A stretch of DNA of 64,000 bases, taken from assembly GCA_024637095.1 (NCBI GenBank), contig JAGXFV010000024.1, forward strand, positions 770-64,769. Reading direction: 5' to 3'. The notes below the pieces were generated by a model. That model saw only the letters and a list, made by a program, of their open reading frames with translations. It did not search any database and was not told the origin of the DNA. This document shows, piece by piece, positions 49,596 through 59,760 of this stretch (within the stretch, counting starts at the first letter, position 1; each line of letters begins with the position of its first letter). Source of the stretch: Actinomycetes bacterium (GTDB lineage: Bacteria; Actinomycetota; Thermoleophilia; RBG-16-64-13). The position numbers and the translations under genes were made by a program.

Positions 49596-50375
49596 TCAGG
49601 CAACGCCCCCAGTGACTTGCAGGAAGTATCGCTCGAGCTGCATGGAGAGCAGCGCCTCTGCACGCTGCTCTTCAGTATATTTAGACTCCACCAGAGTACG
49701 GGCCCGCTCGAAGAGCTCCTTGCGGCTCAGTTCCTCCAGCAGGCGACCGCCGCCAATCACTCCCACGCGGTCGGCTAGATGCGCCACCTCCGGCAGAATG
49801 TGGCTCGACATGAAAACGGTAACCCCGTGTTCGTCCGCTATCGAGCGCAAGAGCTTGCGGATCTCAACGATGCCGGCCGGATCAAGGCCGTTGGTCGGCT
49901 CGTCTAAGACGAGCACGTCCGGGCGGTGGAGTAGGGCACGGGCGAGCGCAAGCCTCTGCAAGTTGCCGTGGGAGAGGCGCCCGGCCCGCCGATCCGCGTA
50001 CGCATCTAGACCCAACTGATCGATTACTCGGCGAACGGCGTCCGGTTCCGACCCTGTCAGCCGGCGCTGGATCTCGAGGTTCTCCCAAACGGTGAGATTG
50101 GGGTACGCGGTGGCCGTCTCTACCAAAAACCCTACGCGACCCAGCCAACCCGTGTCGCCCCCGTCCGCCAGATGGCCGAGCACCCGTACCTCACCCTTGC
50201 TGGGATGGATAAGGCCAAGAAGCATCCGTATGGTGGTGGTCTTGCCGGCTCCGTTGCGGCCGAGAAAACCGTAGATCTCCCCGCGCCGCACGTCGAGGTC
50301 GAGACGATCGACCGCCAGTACGTCGCCGTACCGCTTGGTCAATTTGCGAGCCGAGATCACCGTGTCAGCGCTCAC
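49596..50375 (-). CDS. ABC transporter ATP-binding protein (BcrA-like)
   Basis: GRNGAGKTT, LSHGNLQR, LDEPTNGLDP. Confidence 0.92.
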   Translation of the reverse strand: MSADTVISARKLTKRYGDVLAVDRLDLDVRRGEIYGFLGRNGAGKTTTIRMLLGLIHPSKGEVRVLGHLADGGDTGWLGRVGFLVETATAYPNLTVWENLEIQRRLTGSEPDAVRRVIDQLGLDAYADRRAGRLSHGNLQRLALARALLHRPDVLVLDEPTNGLDPAGIVEIRKLLRSIADEHGVTVFMSSHILPEVAHLADRVGVIGGGRLLEELSRKELFERARTLVESKYTEEQRAEALLSMQLERYFLQVTGGVA

Positions 50376-50971
50376 CGGTTCTCCTCGTAGCCTAGGACCC
50401 GCAAGGCAAGTTCGGTCGCCGCACCTATGGCTTCCGGCATCTCAGTCGCCGGCGTTCCCGCCAGCTCCGCGCTGTTGAGCCCGCCGAGAATGAACCAGGC
50501 GGCAGCACGGGGATCCGGCACGTCAAAGACACCCTCTTCTACACCCTGAACAACGATCGATTCGACGGTCTGAAGTAGGCGCGGTACGAGGTTCTCGGTC
50601 AGGCGATAGTGCAGTAGCCGATTCTCCGGACGGTGGATGAACTCGGCGAGCTCGACAGACGACTGATGAGCATCGATTCCGCTAAGGATGTCGCGTAGGC
50701 GGAGGAGCTTAGCGACCGGGTCCACGCCCGTCCTTTCAATGGCCGCCTCTATGTCCGCCATCAGAGCTTCGACCATCTGCTCGGCTACTGCCAAAACGAT
50801 CTCTTCTTTCGAGTCGAAATAGAGATAGAAGGTGCCCTGGGCGATGCCGGCGGCCCGGACGATGTCACTTACCGATGTGTTGGCCACTCCACGCTCGGCG
50901 AACACCTGCGCCGCGACTGAGCCAAGTCCGGCGCGTCGTGCAACCTTATCTACGGTGGGACGAGGGGCCAC
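50372..50971 (-). CDS. TetR/AcrR family regulator
   Basis: VFAERGVANTSVSDIVRAAGIAQGTFYLYFDSKE. Confidence 0.93.
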   Translation of the reverse strand: MAPRPTVDKVARRAGLGSVAAQVFAERGVANTSVSDIVRAAGIAQGTFYLYFDSKEEIVLAVAEQMVEALMADIEAAIERTGVDPVAKLLRLRDILSGIDAHQSSVELAEFIHRPENRLLHYRLTENLVPRLLQTVESIVVQGVEEGVFDVPDPRAAAWFILGGLNSAELAGTPATEMPEAIGAATELALRVLGYEENR

Positions 50972-51000
50972 CGAGTAGCCTCCAGAAGGAATGGTGATTG

Positions 51001-51017
51001 TGACTGACTGTCAGTCA
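51001..51017. promoter_or_regulatory. Palindromic operator, likely bound by the adjacent TetR
   Basis: TGACTGAC-T-GTCAGTCA, 30 bp upstream of tetR and abutting a minus-strand TATTAT -10. Confidence 0.75.
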
Positions 51018-51315
51018 TAATATCACGCATTCCTCCTGCCGCCTGGGCAATCGCGAACATCCCGATTCTGACGGTCTAAACCACGGACCCCGAGGTCCAA
51101 TTTCTCATCAATACCCGTTCAGCTCGAGTCGCTGTCGAGCCGACGGAGGGGGGAGAGTCTTCGAAACAGCGACGAGTACGGCGCTGCCAGGCTTCCATCT
51201 TCATCCAACCTTCTCCCCAGTTTGAGCCTAGCACCCACCATGTATCAGCGAAGCGCCCGCGGCGGTCTCGTCAGGTGCAAGCCCAAGTTGAATCGCGGCG
51301 ACCATGCTGTGATGG

Positions 51316-51525
51316 TCAGCCCTGCAGAAAGGCCCTGATCGAGCTCGCGATGCGGTCGGGTGCCTCCAACGTCAACAGGTGGCCCGCATCTTCAACGATC
51401 TCGAAGGTGACGTTCGGCGCGGATGCGACGACTGATCGGACCGACTCAGGACGCACGAAGTTGTCGTCCGATCCCCAGAGCAACAGGGTCGGCACGCCGT
51501 CGGCAGGGAAGGGATCAAGCAGGTT
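51316..51525 (-). pseudogene. C-terminal fragment of an alpha/beta hydrolase
   Basis: VPTLLLWGSDD...IVEDAGHLLTLEAPD...IRAFL; the upstream in-frame sequence is the antisense of the cytochrome fragment. Confidence 0.75.
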
Positions 51526-51951
51526 GTGTTGCAGCCGGAGGTAGTCTTCAAGGACTCCATCCGGAAGATGCCCAACCTGGACGTCACCGAGCAGGAGGCC
51601 ACGGACTTGGCCGCCTTCCTCGAGTGGGTGTCCAACATCGACAATCACGACTGGCCGCCGCAGGACTCTGAGGACCGCATGTCGGCCGCCGAGCGTAGGG
51701 CCACAGGCGTCGGCCTCTCCCGGGGCGCTTCCGCCTTCCAGCAGAACTGCATGGGTTGCCACTCCATCGGCGGCGCAGGCGGCAGCATCGGCCCGGCCCT
51801 CGACAACGTCGGTGCCAAGTACGACCAAGCCACTATCGAGGCCATCATCGTCGACCCGGAGTCGGTGAACCCCGGCGCTACGATGCCTCCGCAGTCGAAC
51901 GTGAGTGACGCTGACCGTCAAGCCATCGGCGAGTTCCTCGCCAAACAACGG
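51526..51951 (+). pseudogene. 5'-truncated NorC-like (di-haem) cytochrome c
   Basis: RKMPNL...EATDLAAFLEWVSNIDNHDWPP (NorC-like C-terminus), then a second domain CMGCH...GPALD...MPP; N-terminal anchor and first CXXCH are absent. Confidence 0.65.
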
Positions 51952-52230
51952 GATGCGGATTCTGCGGGGTCACGGGGAGACAGTATGCCAGGCGGGGGCG
52001 GAGAGTATGCGTTGCGGCCGCCCCATTTCCGGAGGTGTACAGAATGACCTTGTCGATCAACCTCGAGCAGACGGGCCCCGGCTGCTCGGTCGTTCGGTCG
52101 ATCCCCCGGGCGGCCTCGCTTGTCCGATGGGTTTGGGGACCAAGTTCAGCCATGGCGAAGAGATACTGCTGCGCGGAGCCTCGCTCGGAGGACGGGATAA
52201 CGCCCTTCCCGCTCAGCCAGGCCGTGGCTT

Positions 52231-52656
52231 TCAGTCCGTTGTTCCGGCGACCGCCGCGAGCAGTTCGTACGGAGCGAATACTGGGATGGTTGCTTTAGCG
52301 AAGTCGCGGCCGTTGCGCGTTACGATGGCACCGACGCCGGCAGCGTGAGCCGCCTCGTGCGCCACCGCGTCCTCGTAGTCGCCAAAGCCGTCGTCGTCGA
52401 GGGCGCGCTGAAGCACGTCGCGGTCCACCGGCGCAACCTCGAACAGGCTCAGCAGCGTACGGATATGGTCATGAGCGCGCCTGCGCCCCAGGTCCTTGGC
52501 TCCGACGTAGTGCAAGGTGGTTACCGCGGTGGCGCAGATCGCCCCCCCGATGCGACCGTTGTCCACAAGAGCAATAAGCTTGGTGGCCTCTTGGACGTGG
52601 GGCTCCCTCTCAAGCAGGACGTCGAGCAGGACGTTGGCGTCGAACAACACTCTCAC
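52231..52656 (-). CDS. PIN-domain toxin (VapC-like)
   Basis: MRVLFDANVLLD...DYEDA...IVTRNGRDF. Confidence 0.9.
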   Translation of the reverse strand: MRVLFDANVLLDVLLEREPHVQEATKLIALVDNGRIGGAICATAVTTLHYVGAKDLGRRRAHDHIRTLLSLFEVAPVDRDVLQRALDDDGFGDYEDAVAHEAAHAAGVGAIVTRNGRDFAKATIPVFAPYELLAAVAGTTD

Positions 52657-52895
52657 CGGTACTTCTCCTCAAGGCGGCGCCGGTAGTCCTCCTCAGTCGT
52701 AGTCGCTCCCTTGAAGCCCCCTATAAGGGAACGGACACGGGGGCTGATCTCCGTCCCGGGTATTTCCTCTTCCGCGTCTAGCAGCGAGAAGTAGTCGGCG
52801 ACGATCTGGGACACGGATTTTCCCGCACGGTCCGAGTAACGCTTGGCCTTGCGGATCAGTTGGTCATCGAGCCTGAGTGTGAGTTTCGTGTTCAT
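52653..52895 (-). CDS. RHH-type antitoxin (DUF6364-like)
   Basis: MNTKLTLRLDDQLIRKAKRY...SVSQIVADYF; overlaps the toxin start. Confidence 0.85.
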   Translation of the reverse strand: MNTKLTLRLDDQLIRKAKRYSDRAGKSVSQIVADYFSLLDAEEEIPGTEISPRVRSLIGGFKGATTTEEDYRRRLEEKYR

Positions 52896-52908
52896 GGCGC
52901 AACCTCTA

Positions 52909-52938
52909 GACGTATTGACGGTACAAATATTATACGTC
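52909..52938 (-). promoter_or_regulatory. Toxin-antitoxin promoter/operator
   Basis: GACGTA...TACGTC inverted repeat overlapping a minus-strand TATAAT. Confidence 0.55.
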
Positions 52939-53132
52939 ACTGCGCGTCCCAGGCAAGCCGACAGATCACGGGAGCCGAAGGCCCGCCTCTGGTCTTCCCA
53001 CCGCATTTGGCAGCCGCGAGGCAGGTCGTCGCTGCCGCACTTGCGGGCGGGACAGCGCCCATCATGTCTCAGGATAGTCGCTGACGTGCCTGACGCCGAT
53101 CTCGCCCGCAGGTTGCTCTGCCGCTAAAGAGC

Positions 53133-53371
53133 CGGGAGAAAGGCCGGGTGGTAAGCGTGTGGGCGTCTGTGCCACGGCCGTCTCCGCCGAGGAGGGGGCG
53201 GCCTGGACCGCCTTATTGCGCGACTTGGTGGCCCGCGGCCTTGCCGGCGTTAAGCTCGTCGTCTCCGATGATCACCGGGGCCTCACCGGCGCCGTCTTTG
53301 CCGTGCTTCCCCGGCACCTCGTGGCAAAGGTGCCGGACCCACTTCATGCGAAACGTCCTTACGAAGGTCCC
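53133..53371 (+). pseudogene. IS256-family transposase fragment (frameshifted)
   Basis: WTALLRDLVARGLAGVKLVVSDDHRGL, then in another frame WQRCRTHFMRNVLTKVP. Confidence 0.85.
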
Positions 53372-53577
53372 CTGGAATGCCCCCACTCTCCGTACCACCC
53401 GCAGGCTGGGCCACCGTCTAGTTGTAATGCCCCCGAACAGCGCGGAGGCGAGACCCATCCGGGTGGGCTCCCGCGCATGTCGCGTTGGCGCGCTTGGAGT
53501 CGGACAACCGGGGGAAGCTATTTCTCGGGCCGGGGGGCCGGCCTGCGACTGCCCGCCACCCTCGTCAGGAGTCCCGT

Positions 53578-54555
53578 TTGAATGAGGAAAACCCGCGCTT
53601 CGCCCCCCGCCCGGACACTCCCGTCGTCCTGTCCACGCACGGGTTGACAAAGGACTTCAGGGACGTCCGGGCCGTCGACGACCTCGATCTGGCGGTCTGC
53701 CGGGGCGACGTCTTCGGCTTCCTGGGCCCGAACGGGGCGGGAAAGACGAGCACCATCCGCATGATCTTCGGGCTGATCTACCCCACCGAGGGGCACGTGG
53801 AGATCTTGGGGCACCGAGTGCCTGACGAGCGGCAGGAGGCCCTCCGCCACGTCGGCGGGTTCGTCGACGACCCCATCTTCTACGGCAACATGAGCGCCCG
53901 GCGCAACCTCCGCCTGTTCGGCGGAATGAACGGCCCGGTCAGCGAAGAGCGGATCGGCGAGGTGCTCGAGATGGTCGGGCTCTCGACGCGAGCCGATTCG
54001 AAGGTTGGCGGTTACTCCCACGGTATGCGGCAGCGCCTCGGCATCGCCCTCGCCCTGATCCACCGTCCCGATATCGTCGTGCTCGACGAACCCACCAGCG
54101 GCCTCGATCCGGCCGGGATGAGGGACGTCCGGGGGCTGGTCCGGGACCTGGCGACGACGGGCACGACGGTGTTCCTGTCGTCGCACCTCCTCCACGAGGT
54201 GGAACTCGTCGCCAATCGTGCCGCCGTCATCACCCGGGGAAGGCTCGTCCGGCAGGGGGCGGTGTCCGAGCTCCGGCCGGCCAGGTCGGCCGTGAGGATC
54301 AAGACGGGCGACCAGGCTCGCGCCTGGGAGGTGCTGCGGTCCTTCGGCGGCGCCGGTGGGCTAGTCGAGGAGGAGGAATACATTCGGGTCTCGGCGCCGG
54401 ACGACCAGGTCCCCGAGATGGTGCGCCGACTCGTCGCCGCGGGTGCCGATGTCGAGGCCGTTATCCCCTCGTTCGAGCAGGGGTTGGAGGAGATGTTCCT
54501 CGAGATGACGGACGCGGATGAATCCAAGGGCGCGGGGGCGCCGACCGAGGGATGA
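53578..54555 (+). CDS. ABC transporter ATP-binding protein
   Basis: GPNGAGKTS, YSHGMRQRLG, LDEPTSGLDP; TTG start after AGGAG. Confidence 0.9.
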   Translation: MNEENPRFAPRPDTPVVLSTHGLTKDFRDVRAVDDLDLAVCRGDVFGFLGPNGAGKTSTIRMIFGLIYPTEGHVEILGHRVPDERQEALRHVGGFVDDPIFYGNMSARRNLRLFGGMNGPVSEERIGEVLEMVGLSTRADSKVGGYSHGMRQRLGIALALIHRPDIVVLDEPTSGLDPAGMRDVRGLVRDLATTGTTVFLSSHLLHEVELVANRAAVITRGRLVRQGAVSELRPARSAVRIKTGDQARAWEVLRSFGGAGGLVEEEEYIRVSAPDDQVPEMVRRLVAAGADVEAVIPSFEQGLEEMFLEMTDADESKGAGAPTEG

Positions 54556-55376
54556 ACGTGGGCCACCTCAGACGCGAGTTCACGAAGGTGATCTTCCAGA
54601 AGCGGACCTACATCGGGTGGGGAGGCCTGTTCGTCGTCCCCTTCGTGGTCGCGACAGCCATCAGCCTCACGTCGGGCCCTCTGCACGGTAACCGACAGGA
54701 CGTCATGGAGATCCTGGTCTCAAACATGCAGTCGAACGGCCTCTACCTGCCCATCGTGCTGCTCAGCATGCTCGGTTCCTTCTTCATACCGCTGCTGGCT
54801 GCTGTCGCCGGCGGTCAGACCATCGCGGGGGAGGCGGAGAAGGGCACGCTCCGGACGGTGCTGATGCAGCCGGTGCGGCGCAGCGCGGTGCTATTGGGCA
54901 AATGGCTCGTGGCCAACGTCTACATGCTGATCGGCCTGGCGCTCCTGGCCGGGGCCGCCGTTGTCGCCGGTGCCGCGTTCTTCGGGCTCCACCCCCTCAC
55001 GCTGCTCTCGTTGCAGACGATCGGGAGTGGCGAGAGCGCGCTTCGCATCCTGGTGGCCTACGGGTACGTGTTCGCCGCGACCATTGCGGTGGTGTCACTG
55101 GCGCTGATGTTCTCGACGTTGACCGACTCCAGCCTGACCGCCGTCGCGGGCGCCCTGGTGCTGGTGATCGTCATGCTGGTGCTGCAGCAGTTCAGCGCCT
55201 TCGACTTCATCAACCCGTACCTGTTGTCGTCGCACCTGGAGGGCTGGACCACCCTCCTTCGGGAGCCGATCGACTGGAGCCCGATCTGGAAGGGCCTCGC
55301 CACCTTCGCCGCCTGGACCGTTGCCACGATCTCCATCAGCCTGCTCTGGTTCCGCCAGAAGGACATCCTCTCCTAG
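54552..55376 (+). CDS. ABC-2 type permease
   Basis: IAGEAEKGTLRTVL...PVRR...LLGK; C-terminal FRQKDILS. Confidence 0.88.
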   Translation: MNVGHLRREFTKVIFQKRTYIGWGGLFVVPFVVATAISLTSGPLHGNRQDVMEILVSNMQSNGLYLPIVLLSMLGSFFIPLLAAVAGGQTIAGEAEKGTLRTVLMQPVRRSAVLLGKWLVANVYMLIGLALLAGAAVVAGAAFFGLHPLTLLSLQTIGSGESALRILVAYGYVFAATIAVVSLALMFSTLTDSSLTAVAGALVLVIVMLVLQQFSAFDFINPYLLSSHLEGWTTLLREPIDWSPIWKGLATFAAWTVATISISLLWFRQKDILS

Positions 55377-55427
55377 CGGTGAGGTGACGGTGAAACCCAG
55401 CGACGGCTCGGCATGCCGGGTGCTCTT

Positions 55428-55923
55428 CTAGCGGGCGGCGCGTCCGCCGAGCAGCCGCGCGTAGGTCGCGCTGAGCTCGAGGTCGAAGGAGACGAATGTC
55501 GAGGTCTCCGGATCCCAGAAGAGAATCGCGTCTTCGTCCTCTGCCACCCGGGCCCAGCCGTTGCCCAATTGCACCCAGATGAGCTGTCCTATGGCGTCGA
55601 CACGCTCCGTCGGAGGCCTGTCCGCCTTCGCCCGAAGATGGCCATCGGCGTCCCGGCCGCGGTCGAGCCGAGCAGACAAGGCCACGTGGCGGCGGGCCTC
55701 GGCGACGACGAGGTCGGACAGCCAGGGGTCGGCCTCTTCTGTGACCCCGGAGCGATCCCGCCTGACCGAGAGCGAGCCGGCGACCACCCGGTCCCAGAGG
55801 AGGCCGGCCGCACGGGTCCGGCGCCCGGGGTCGGCGTGGGCGGGGAGCTCGGCTTCGGCTGTCCTATAGAGCAGCCGCCAGAGCCAGCAGTGGGGACCTT
55901 CGGTACGGGCGGGTAGCTGCATG
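55428..55923 (-). CDS. Hypothetical protein
   Basis: GAGGAGG RBS before ATG; no recognised motif. Confidence 0.5.
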
Positions 55924-56320
55924 GATGCCTCCTCATTGCGAGGGCGGTGGTCGGTTTTCGCGGACACACGCTCTTCGGCAGTCACGACCGCCCCCTCGCA
56001 GGGTAGCAAGCCGTGTCGTGTGACCGGGCTCGAACCGGCCGCCGCTGCCGGGCTGCTAGGATTCTAGAGGCCGTAGATGCTGGGGCGAACCGATCGCGCA
56101 GCGAGGAGTTGGGGGGATGATCGCGCTGGAAGAGGGCCGAGGGGCGTCGTTCGTGGCGCCCGGTCGCGTGCGCGCCCTGCTTTCCTAGTCTCCCCTCCGG
56201 ATGAGGAACCGCTTGTACGGCACTCAGCGGGATTCGGAGGGCTTCCTACGAGAGTCCGAGTCAGGTGGTCTCGACCAACGGCTACGCCCTCACGAGCCCC
56301 GACGTCGATCTGAACATCGG

Positions 56321-57028
56321 TTACCCCGCGGTGGCTTCGTTCTGCACGGCGGGGGCGTCCTGTTTTGGGACCGCCTCCATCTGGGCGTCGAGGCTGGCTT
56401 CGAAGGCCTGCGCGGCCTCGGAACCGTTGGCCGCGAGAACCTCGGGTTTCGCGTCGTCCCACGTGGAGAACGTCCGGTCTAGTTCCTGCCCGGCGGCGTC
56501 TAAGTCGTTGGCCTTGACGTCGATGATCACCTGGCGCTCTTGCGCGTCGAGGCGGCCGATGGCGGCAGGCACTGCCGGGTGGTAGAGGGCGAAGAGGTCT
56601 ACGACGGCGAAGCTCACGTCGTTGGCGGTCTGCTCGGTGACGATTTCGTCATCGGCTTGGGCTGCCTTCGCCAAGGCCTCGAGGGCGGAGTGCATGGCGT
56701 CGACTTGGGCCTGGGCGGCGCCGTCAGAGACGGCCTGCGCCTCGTACTCAGCCCACGCATCGGTCATGTCCGTTACTTCCCCCTGTATGGCGGCCCAGCC
56801 CCCTCCCGGAATTTTGTCGATGATGTCCTCGGCGCCGGCCTCTATCGTGTCGAGGGGCGGCGGGACGACGCCCGTGGTTGCCGGTTCCGCGGCGGAGGTC
56901 GTCGTCTGCTCCGGCATGGATGGAGGGGCGGCGGAACTGCAGCCGGCCAGCGCCGCCATCAGTATCACCGAGCCCAAGGCAAGCGCCGCCTTCTTCCAAT
57001 AACCGCTGAGATCCAAGGTCTGCTCCAT
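56321..57028 (-). CDS. Acidic helical lipoprotein with an internal duplication
   Basis: Lipobox LAGC; two similar helical units starting VPPPL and VPAAI. Confidence 0.75.
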   Translation of the reverse strand: MEQTLDLSGYWKKAALALGSVILMAALAGCSSAAPPSMPEQTTTSAAEPATTGVVPPPLDTIEAGAEDIIDKIPGGGWAAIQGEVTDMTDAWAEYEAQAVSDGAAQAQVDAMHSALEALAKAAQADDEIVTEQTANDVSFAVVDLFALYHPAVPAAIGRLDAQERQVIIDVKANDLDAAGQELDRTFSTWDDAKPEVLAANGSEAAQAFEASLDAQMEAVPKQDAPAVQNEATAG

Positions 57029-57112
57029 TCGTCGTGGGGTCCGCAGCCCGGGCTGGGGCGGCTCCACTGAGTGAAGCCGCCCCCGAACCGTCGGTTGGAT
57101 GGCTAGGCGGTG

Positions 57113-57472
57113 TTATTCCTGGCCGTCGAACTCGTGGCTCGCGTTGGGATTCTCTGGTTCGTCGGCGTGGCCTCCGGGGCCGTCATCCTCGGTAGCCGAT
57201 TCATGGTCGCCGGATTCCGGCTCCTCGGCTTCGCCGACCTCGTTGGCGTCTTCGGCACCGTTCTCCTCTTGGACGTCATCGAAGTCCGTGGCCTCAAGTT
57301 GCTGCGCTGCGGCGCGGGTCAGATCGGGTGACGACGCCTCCTCCTGGACCATGGTAGTCGCAGGGTCGGCGGGGGTCGCGGGAGCCGCGGCGTGGGCCAG
57401 CGTGCCCCCGCCCACGGCCATTCCGGCGACGGTGAGCGCGATCGCTGCCGCCTTGAACACTCGGTTCTGCAT
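57113..57472 (-). CDS. Secreted, very acidic low-complexity small protein
   Basis: Signal peptide ending AHA-A; D/E-rich body with GPGGHADE and HEFDGQE; AAGGAG RBS. Confidence 0.8.
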   Translation of the reverse strand: MQNRVFKAAAIALTVAGMAVGGGTLAHAAAPATPADPATTMVQEEASSPDLTRAAAQQLEATDFDDVQEENGAEDANEVGEAEEPESGDHESATEDDGPGGHADEPENPNASHEFDGQE

Positions 57473-57528
57473 CGGGTTCTCCTTTCGAGAGTTTCAGGGA
57501 TGATGCATTCGCAGTGTACGAGGCGTTC

Positions 57529-57631
57529 CTGAGATAACGCTGAGTGCAGGTCTACGACGGACCCGCCTGCCTCGCCGGGGAGCGACCCTTCGCTTCCCCG
57601 GATTGGGACAGGACTCTCATCCCGCGTTCAT
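57529..57631. promoter_or_regulatory. Candidate OmpR-family direct-repeat boxes
   Basis: CTGAG-N6-CTGAG (57529-57544) and CTCAT-N6-TTCAT (57616-57631), 11-bp period, one before each divergent gene. Confidence 0.55.
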
Positions 57632-57654
57632 GTTTGGCTGCAACAATCGTGCGC

Positions 57655-58329
57655 ATGCGTGTCTTGGTGGTTGAAGACGAGGTGAAGATGGCGGCGCTCA
57701 TCCGGCGCGGCTTGGAAGAAAACGGTCAGGCTGCAGACGTGGCCGGCACGGGAGAAGAAGCACTGGTGCGGGCAGGCTCGACCGAATACGACGCCATCAT
57801 CCTCGACGTAATGCTTCCGCAGATCGACGGGTTCGAGGTCTGCCGGCGGCTTCGGCAGAATTCCGTCTGGGCTCCGGTGCTCATGCTGACTGCTCGGGAT
57901 GCAGTCGAAGACCGAATCGCCGGCCTGGACACGGGCGCCGACGACTACCTCACCAAGCCGTTTTCCTTCGCCGAACTGCTGGCTCGCCTCCGGGCGCTGG
58001 TTCGTCGGGGGCCGCTGGAACGCGAGGCCGTCCTATCGGTGGGCTCCCTGCGGCTCGATCCCGCGACGCACCAGGTCTGGCGCGGAGAATCCGAGGTACA
58101 ACTCTCCGCCAAGGAGTTCTCCCTGCTCGAGACCTTCATGCGCCAACCGGGGCGGGTCTTCTCTCGTTTCGAGCTGCTCGAGCATGCTTGGGATTACAGC
58201 TATGAGAACCGGTCGAACATCATAGAGGTCTACGTCCGCTACCTGCGGGAGAAGGTGGATCGGCCCTTCGGCGTGCGCTCCATACAAACGGTTCGCGGGT
58301 CCGGCTACCGGCTACGGGATGACATTTGA
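57655..58329 (+). CDS. OmpR-family response regulator
   Basis: MRVLVVED, ILDVMLP, GADDYLTKPF, IQTVRGSGY. Confidence 0.95.
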   Translation: MRVLVVEDEVKMAALIRRGLEENGQAADVAGTGEEALVRAGSTEYDAIILDVMLPQIDGFEVCRRLRQNSVWAPVLMLTARDAVEDRIAGLDTGADDYLTKPFSFAELLARLRALVRRGPLEREAVLSVGSLRLDPATHQVWRGESEVQLSAKEFSLLETFMRQPGRVFSRFELLEHAWDYSYENRSNIIEVYVRYLREKVDRPFGVRSIQTVRGSGYRLRDDI

Positions 58330-59705
58330 GATTCACGAGGCTGAGGCGGCTGCCCATACGGGTGCGACTGGCCCTCGCATTCACCGTAGCGATGGCGCTG
58401 GTCCTTGGGATCGTGGGTTTCTTCGTCTACGAGGGCGTCTCCGGAGCCGTTGACCGGAGCATCGACTCGGGTCTGACTGCCCGGGCGGGGGACATCACGG
58501 CGCTCGTACGACAGGCCGACTCCGGCCTGCGCCAGGGTGGAGGCGCCGTACTCGGCGATCAGGATGAGAGCTTCGCGCAGGTTCTCGATTACGACGGCAG
58601 GATCTTCGATTCCACCCCGCAACTCGCCGACAAAGCCATTCTCTCACGCGTCCAATTGGGACAGGCCGTAGCTGGGGCGACCTTCTTCGACGGCGTTCTG
58701 ATTCCAGGCATGGAGGATCCGGCCAGGCTCCTGGCGGTCCCCACGGTGGCTCAGGACCGGGGGCTCGTCGTGGTGGTGGGCGCGTCTCTCGAAGGTCGGG
58801 AGGAAACCCTCTCGCAGCTCTTCACTCGGCTGTCGGTGTGGGGGCCCGTCGCTCTTCTTCTGAGCTCGTTCCTGGCGTACGTGTTGGCCACGGCGGCTCT
58901 ACGGCCGGTGGAGCTCATGCGGCGCGAAGCGTCGGCCATATCCGCCGCCGAGCCGGGTCGGCGTTTGCCGGTCCCGGAGGCTCGGGACGAGCTCGCTCGG
59001 CTGAGCACGACGCTGAACGAGATGCTTGCCCGCCTCGAAGCGGCGATGGAGACTGAGCGTACTTTCGTTTCCGACGCCAGCCACGAACTGCGAACTCCGC
59101 TCTCGCTGCTCAAGACCGAATTGGAGCTTGCGCTCGCCCAGAAACGTTCGACAGCCGAACTCGAGGAGGCGCTTCGCTCGGCCGCCTTCGAGACCGATCG
59201 TCTGACTCAATTGGCGGAGGATCTCCTCGTCCTCGCGCGCGCCGACCAGGGCAGGCTCCAGATCAGAAGCGAGGAGATCGATATCAGGCGAATCCTGGAA
59301 GGTGTGCGCGACAGGTTCGCGCTGCGGGCTGGAGATCTCGAACGCGACCTGACCGTCGCCGCCCCTCCAAGTTTCGTGGTTCGCGTCGATCGGCTTCGCA
59401 TGGAGCAGGCCCTCTCCAACATCGTGGACAACGCGCTTCGGCACGGAGAAGGCACGGTTGAGCTGCAGGCCGAAGAGGTGGAGGGCAGTCTCGAAGTCCA
59501 TGTCCTGGACGAGGGCCCGGGCTTCCCCGCCGAGTTCATCCCCCGGGCCTTCGAACGTTTTGCCCGTGACGAATCCCGCTCGGAACGGGGGGCGGGCCTC
59601 GGTCTGGCTATCGCAGCTGCCATCGCCGAGTCCCACGGCGGGTCTATGCGCGTTGGGAACCGGGACTCGGGAGGTGCCGATGTCTGCATGTTCTTGCCGG
59701 CTTGA
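58326..59705 (+). CDS. Sensor histidine kinase (2 TM, HAMP, HisKA, HATPase)
   Basis: DASHELRTPL, NIVDNALRH, DEGPG, GAGLGLAI. Confidence 0.95.
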   Translation: MRFTRLRRLPIRVRLALAFTVAMALVLGIVGFFVYEGVSGAVDRSIDSGLTARAGDITALVRQADSGLRQGGGAVLGDQDESFAQVLDYDGRIFDSTPQLADKAILSRVQLGQAVAGATFFDGVLIPGMEDPARLLAVPTVAQDRGLVVVVGASLEGREETLSQLFTRLSVWGPVALLLSSFLAYVLATAALRPVELMRREASAISAAEPGRRLPVPEARDELARLSTTLNEMLARLEAAMETERTFVSDASHELRTPLSLLKTELELALAQKRSTAELEEALRSAAFETDRLTQLAEDLLVLARADQGRLQIRSEEIDIRRILEGVRDRFALRAGDLERDLTVAAPPSFVVRVDRLRMEQALSNIVDNALRHGEGTVELQAEEVEGSLEVHVLDEGPGFPAEFIPRAFERFARDESRSERGAGLGLAIAAAIAESHGGSMRVGNRDSGGADVCMFLPA

Positions 59706-59760
59706 CTGGGCGGTGCAGGCCGGTCATCTGGCAGACAGAGCTCGCATCCCTCGCCGATCT

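Noticed and set aside
51316..51948. 210-aa intact alpha/beta hydrolase
   Set aside because: Only the last ~65 aa are hydrolase-like; there is no nucleophile motif and the rest is antisense to the cytochrome fragment.
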